A stretch of 64,000 nucleotides of DNA. Origin: Neoechinorhynchus agilis. Taxonomy: Eukaryota; Animalia; Acanthocephala. A program made the position numbers and the translations under genes. The stretch is from assembly GCA_051530055.1 (NCBI GenBank), contig CM121341.1:62001-126000 (forward strand), in the 5' to 3' direction. Shown piece after piece: positions 60,249 through 64,000 of the stretch. Below the pieces are notes generated by a model. It worked only from the letters and a program-made list of their open reading frames with translations. It had not been told where the DNA came from and made no database searches. The stretch's first letter is position 1; the number at the start of each line of letters is the position of its first letter.

Positions 60249-60280
<32 letters not shown>

Positions 60281-60324
60281 TGCATGAATGGATTATTGAG
60301 ATTCCTACTGTCCCGGTCTGCAGC

Positions 60325-60358
<34 letters not shown>

Positions 60359-60365
60359 GAGTAAC

Positions 60366-60403
<38 letters not shown>

Positions 60404-60510
60404 AGTCTCTGTGAAGAAACATGTTGGACGTAGAATAGGTGGGAGGCCGCGCCGGTGAAATACCACTACCATCATTGTTTCTTTACTTACTCAGTGATTC
60501 AGGTAGCGTT
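60249..60510 (+). rRNA. 28S: 28S fragment, 262 nt downstream of the R2 nick
   Basis: tagccaaatgcctcgtcatctaattagtgacg..gattcaggtagcgtt. Confidence 0.95.
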
Positions 60511-62846
60511 CCGCACACAGCGCGTTGCGCACACTCGCGCCTTCAGCCCCTGTATGTTCAGTGTCGCTTCCTCAACCGGGCGACAAAAAGTGGGGAACCG
60601 CTCATCTCCCAATCCGGTTTTTCTAAATCTTCCGTATATACAGCGCATGTTCGCCGGGACGGGTTGGGTCCAGAAAACAAAGCTGCAGAAAGTCCGCAGC
60701 CCTTTCTCATTTCTGATTTGCAGTTAGCGGACTCACCCGATTTTTCCGAGATCGCAGAGATGCGGGAGGTCCGTACTTCCCCTCCTCCACAAGTTACTTC
60801 CGAGACCGCGTCCACGGCGCACACTTCACATTTTCGTGAGTTGGACTTTGGGAGAACGAGAGGAGAGGCCCATTGCGCTGAAATATCAGGTCCTGTGAGT
60901 CATCCAGTTAACACCGTGATTACTGCAGAGGCGGAATTCACTGCCGCAGAAGCATACGAATTCCTACACAACGCCGCACTGGCCCCCGGGTTGCACCCAA
61001 GATATAGGGCTATTTTGTCGGCCGAAAGGGAGTTTTTTCGTACTCAGAAAAATATCGAGCAGAGCCTGGTGGATGGTTTCTGTAGTCGTCTCACCTAGTA
61101 CCTCGTTAGCGTGAAACATCCGGTTCCTCGCTTATCTGCCGCCAAAGAAAAAGGCATCAGAATAATAAAAATTGGAAGATCGACTCAGATGTCTCTATCG
61201 ACGGTTGCCTTCCACGTTTACGGCAACCCGTATCCCTACATGAAAGTTGCTTCGGACGTCGTTGCCTTTGTGTCGGACTCTTACGAGAGGTACACTCGAA
61301 TAAATTTTATGGACGCAAATCTCGATTTGGATGAAATTATTGAATCCCTGAAGCGCGGCGTATGTGCGTCCGACAGCTTGGTATTTCACGCTGCCTCAGA
61401 AGCATATGGAAGCGATTTCATTATCCACGGGCCCGAGAAGGAGTCCGAGTCAAGGATTAGGTGTCCCTTGGTCGCTCGGCATATATTCAATGTCTGGATG
61501 GACCAAAGCGGCTGCTACCCCTGCACTCGAGCAAGAGGACTAAATAAGGCAGTGCAGGAAAGAATACAAAAAAGAAGGAACAGGGCCATGTGTTTCTCAA
61601 ATACAGCGAGGTTGGCCAAAAATATATTTAAAGAAAGCTCGAAGGACACAAAGTTCTGCGTGAGCAGAGAGGACGCGACCAACCATTATAAAGCGCTATT
61701 TGGATCTAGTGAGGCCGAAGCAACAAACCCCGGAGGAAAAGAACCAGAAGATTCCCAATTCACCATTCACGGAAGAATTTGGAGAGCTATTACGGTGGAG
61801 GAGGTCCGTGAGGCCCTCAAGGGGATGAGCGGATCCAGCGCCCCTGGTCCTGATGGAGTAAGTGCAAGGAAATTAATATCATTTGACAAAAACCTAGTAC
61901 TCACAACTCTCATCTTTAATTTAGCATTACAAAACGGTGGTCCTCCGAGCCAGTGGAGAGAAAGCAAAACTATCTTCATCCCGAAAACCGGACAATCAAG
62001 GGCTCAACTACGTAATTTAGGGAGCTGGAGGCCAATTACCATAGCATCGTGTCTTCTCAGGATGTTGCACCGAGTCCTTTTAAAGCGATTGAGCGTCTCG
62101 TGCCAATTGGACACAGGACAGACGGCAGGTAGCGGATCGGCGTGTCTCGCTAACAATATGATTTTGAGAGGCACCCTTCGGCAATGCAGGTCTAGACGCG
62201 TTGGAGTCGCGTTAGCAGTGCTGGATATATCAACGGCCTTCGACAAAGTTAGCCATCTTGCTATAATGCGGGAACTGGATCGACAGTCAGTACCGATATA
62301 TCTGAAAAGATACATTGAGAGTTCTCTCCGGGATTCCTTTACAAGGCTACACTTTCCAAATCAGAGGCCGTCAGAGCAAATTGCCTTAAAGAGAGGCGTC
62401 AAACAAGGCGACCCGTTATCTCCGCTCTTATTCGCCCTTGCTCTGGAGGAAACACTAAGGAAAATAGGCGCGCTTAGCGAGGATCTGGAAATCGACGGAT
62501 TAAGGATTGGCCACCTCACATACGCGGACGATATTTTGTTGGTCAGAGACCCAACTTCAGAACAAACTCGATGTTGCAGTCACGGAACTGCGAAACATCG
62601 GGTTGTCCTTGAACCCAGCAAAGTGTGTCTCGTATAGCCAAAGATTCCGTCAAGGCTCCATGATTATAGACGCGAATCCGGTAGTCACCATATCGAACGT
62701 TAAATTGGGCAATGTCCTTGATGGGGATCCGGTCAAATACTTAGGCGGAAGACCCTGGGCGGTGTCCCGCAAGGAAGAATTTATTGATAAAATTGCCAGC
62801 GCGTTTACGGCAACGAAAATAGCGGGTCTTTTCCCAACTCAAGCGG
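60511..62846 (+). mobile_element. R2: R2-type copy H, truncated at both ends, related to C
   Basis: FTAAEAYEFL..LHPRYRAIL, GIRIIKIGRSTQMSLSTVAFHV..FNVWMDQSGCYPC, GVKQGDPLSP, TYADD. In-frame TAG at 61096. Confidence 0.88.
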
Positions 62847-64000
62847 GCTGCTGCTGAGTGTCGGGTGTAAATGCGATGTCACCAAGTGGGCCATTTTTGG
62901 TAAGCAGAACTGGCGATGTGGGATGAACCAAACGTTGAGCTAGGGTGCCAAAAGTGCCTCTCATGAGATACCATGAAAGGTGTCAGTCGATATTGACAGC
63001 AGGACGGTGGCATCAGAAGTAGGAATCCGCTAAGGAGTGTGTAAAAACTCACCTGCCGAATCGACTGGCTCTGAAAATGGATGGCGCTGGAGACGTATAT
63101 CCATGCTTGACCGTCGATGCCAGACACAAATGTACAAATGGCTTGACGTGTAGAAGGGCGTATGCGGTGGTGTTGAAACTTGCACCGTGAGGTGGAGTGA
63201 AGCCGCCGCTAGTGCAGATCTTGGTGGTAGTAGCAAGTATTCAAATGAGAGCATTGAAGACTGAAGTGGAGAAAGGTTCCATGTGAACAACATTTGGACA
63301 TGGATCAGCCGATCCTAAGAAAACGTGCAAATTCGGGATTAAGCGTGTTGCATTGCGCAATACAATCGAAAGGGAATTGGGTTAATATTTCCGAGCCAGG
63401 ATGCGGTTTATGCTTGATCTATTCAGATGTTCTTCTTGGGCAGATGATGTTCAGCATAAGTGGTGACACGAGCAATCCCAGAGAATAACTATACGAAGTC
63501 TGGAGAAGAGTTTTCTCTTCTTTGTTAGGAACTTTATCCCGGGAATTAGATCATCTGTTGATAGCGTACGCGTTCCGTAATGCAGCGCGATTCCTGCGAT
63601 GTACCGAGCGCTTAGTATTGTCCTTGAAAATCTGGGTGCGAGAATATTCAGACCGTACCTGTTCGTACTGATTTCCGCAGCAGGTCTCCAAGGTGAGTAG
63701 CCTCTAGTCGATTGGGAAACGTAGGCAAGGGAAGTCGGCAAATTAGATCCGTAACTTCGGAAAAAGGATTGGCTCTACAAGCTGAGCTGGCCGGGCTGTC
63801 GCGAGAAGCGGTATGTTGTCGACTCTTGGATCTGTCTCAGTTATTTGCTGTTGCGAAAGAGTCGATTTCGAGGACGGAACTTGGTGCTGCGTACTGTGGG
63901 CAGCGATAGCTATGCTCCGCGTTTGTTCGACGTATCCAGACGGGTACGCTCGCTTCTTGCGCGGGGATCCGATCAGCGTTAAACAGCTGGCCTAGAACTG
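62847..64000 (+). rRNA. 28S: 28S internal fragment (runs off the window end)
   Basis: Reverse complement of about 27855-29010. Confidence 0.95.

Noticed and set aside
60505-60520. A new 28S target site for element H (also the junction at 62846)
   Set aside because: H is truncated in coding sequence at both ends and lacks the 3'UTR signature; these are rearrangement breakpoints.

Overview
Eukaryotic (animal) rDNA wreckage. No intact rDNA unit is present. Broken 28S/5.8S/18S copies, a 130-bp IGS subrepeat, duplicated Pol I promoter-like motifs and a 454-bp satellite are interleaved with at least eight mutually divergent R2-type non-LTR retrotransposon copies (labelled A-H here), a 3' stub and scrambled debris. 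All six visible R2 3' junctions sit exactly at the canonical 28S R2 nick (element|TAGCCAA). The elements differ from textbook R2 in five ways. (1) Four N-terminal zinc fingers arranged (CCHH-CCHC)x2, with no recognisable Myb. (2) An unassigned helical HPRYR domain. (3) An OTU-protease-like domain lacking the catalytic Cys/His, placed before the RT. (4) A conserved 5'UTR stem with a covarying candidate pseudoknot. (5) Untailed 3' ends with AATAAA 8-9 nt before the target. Two different families share a 5' junction about 118 nt upstream of the nick, inside a roughly 19.7-kb duplicated block. A Penelope GIY-YIG fragment with inverted repeats, two minimal hammerhead ribozymes and a 12-bp TSD is nested in element B. 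Every element carries stops or frameshifts. Boundaries were read by eye and are approximate. Domain calls are manual alignments, not database hits.
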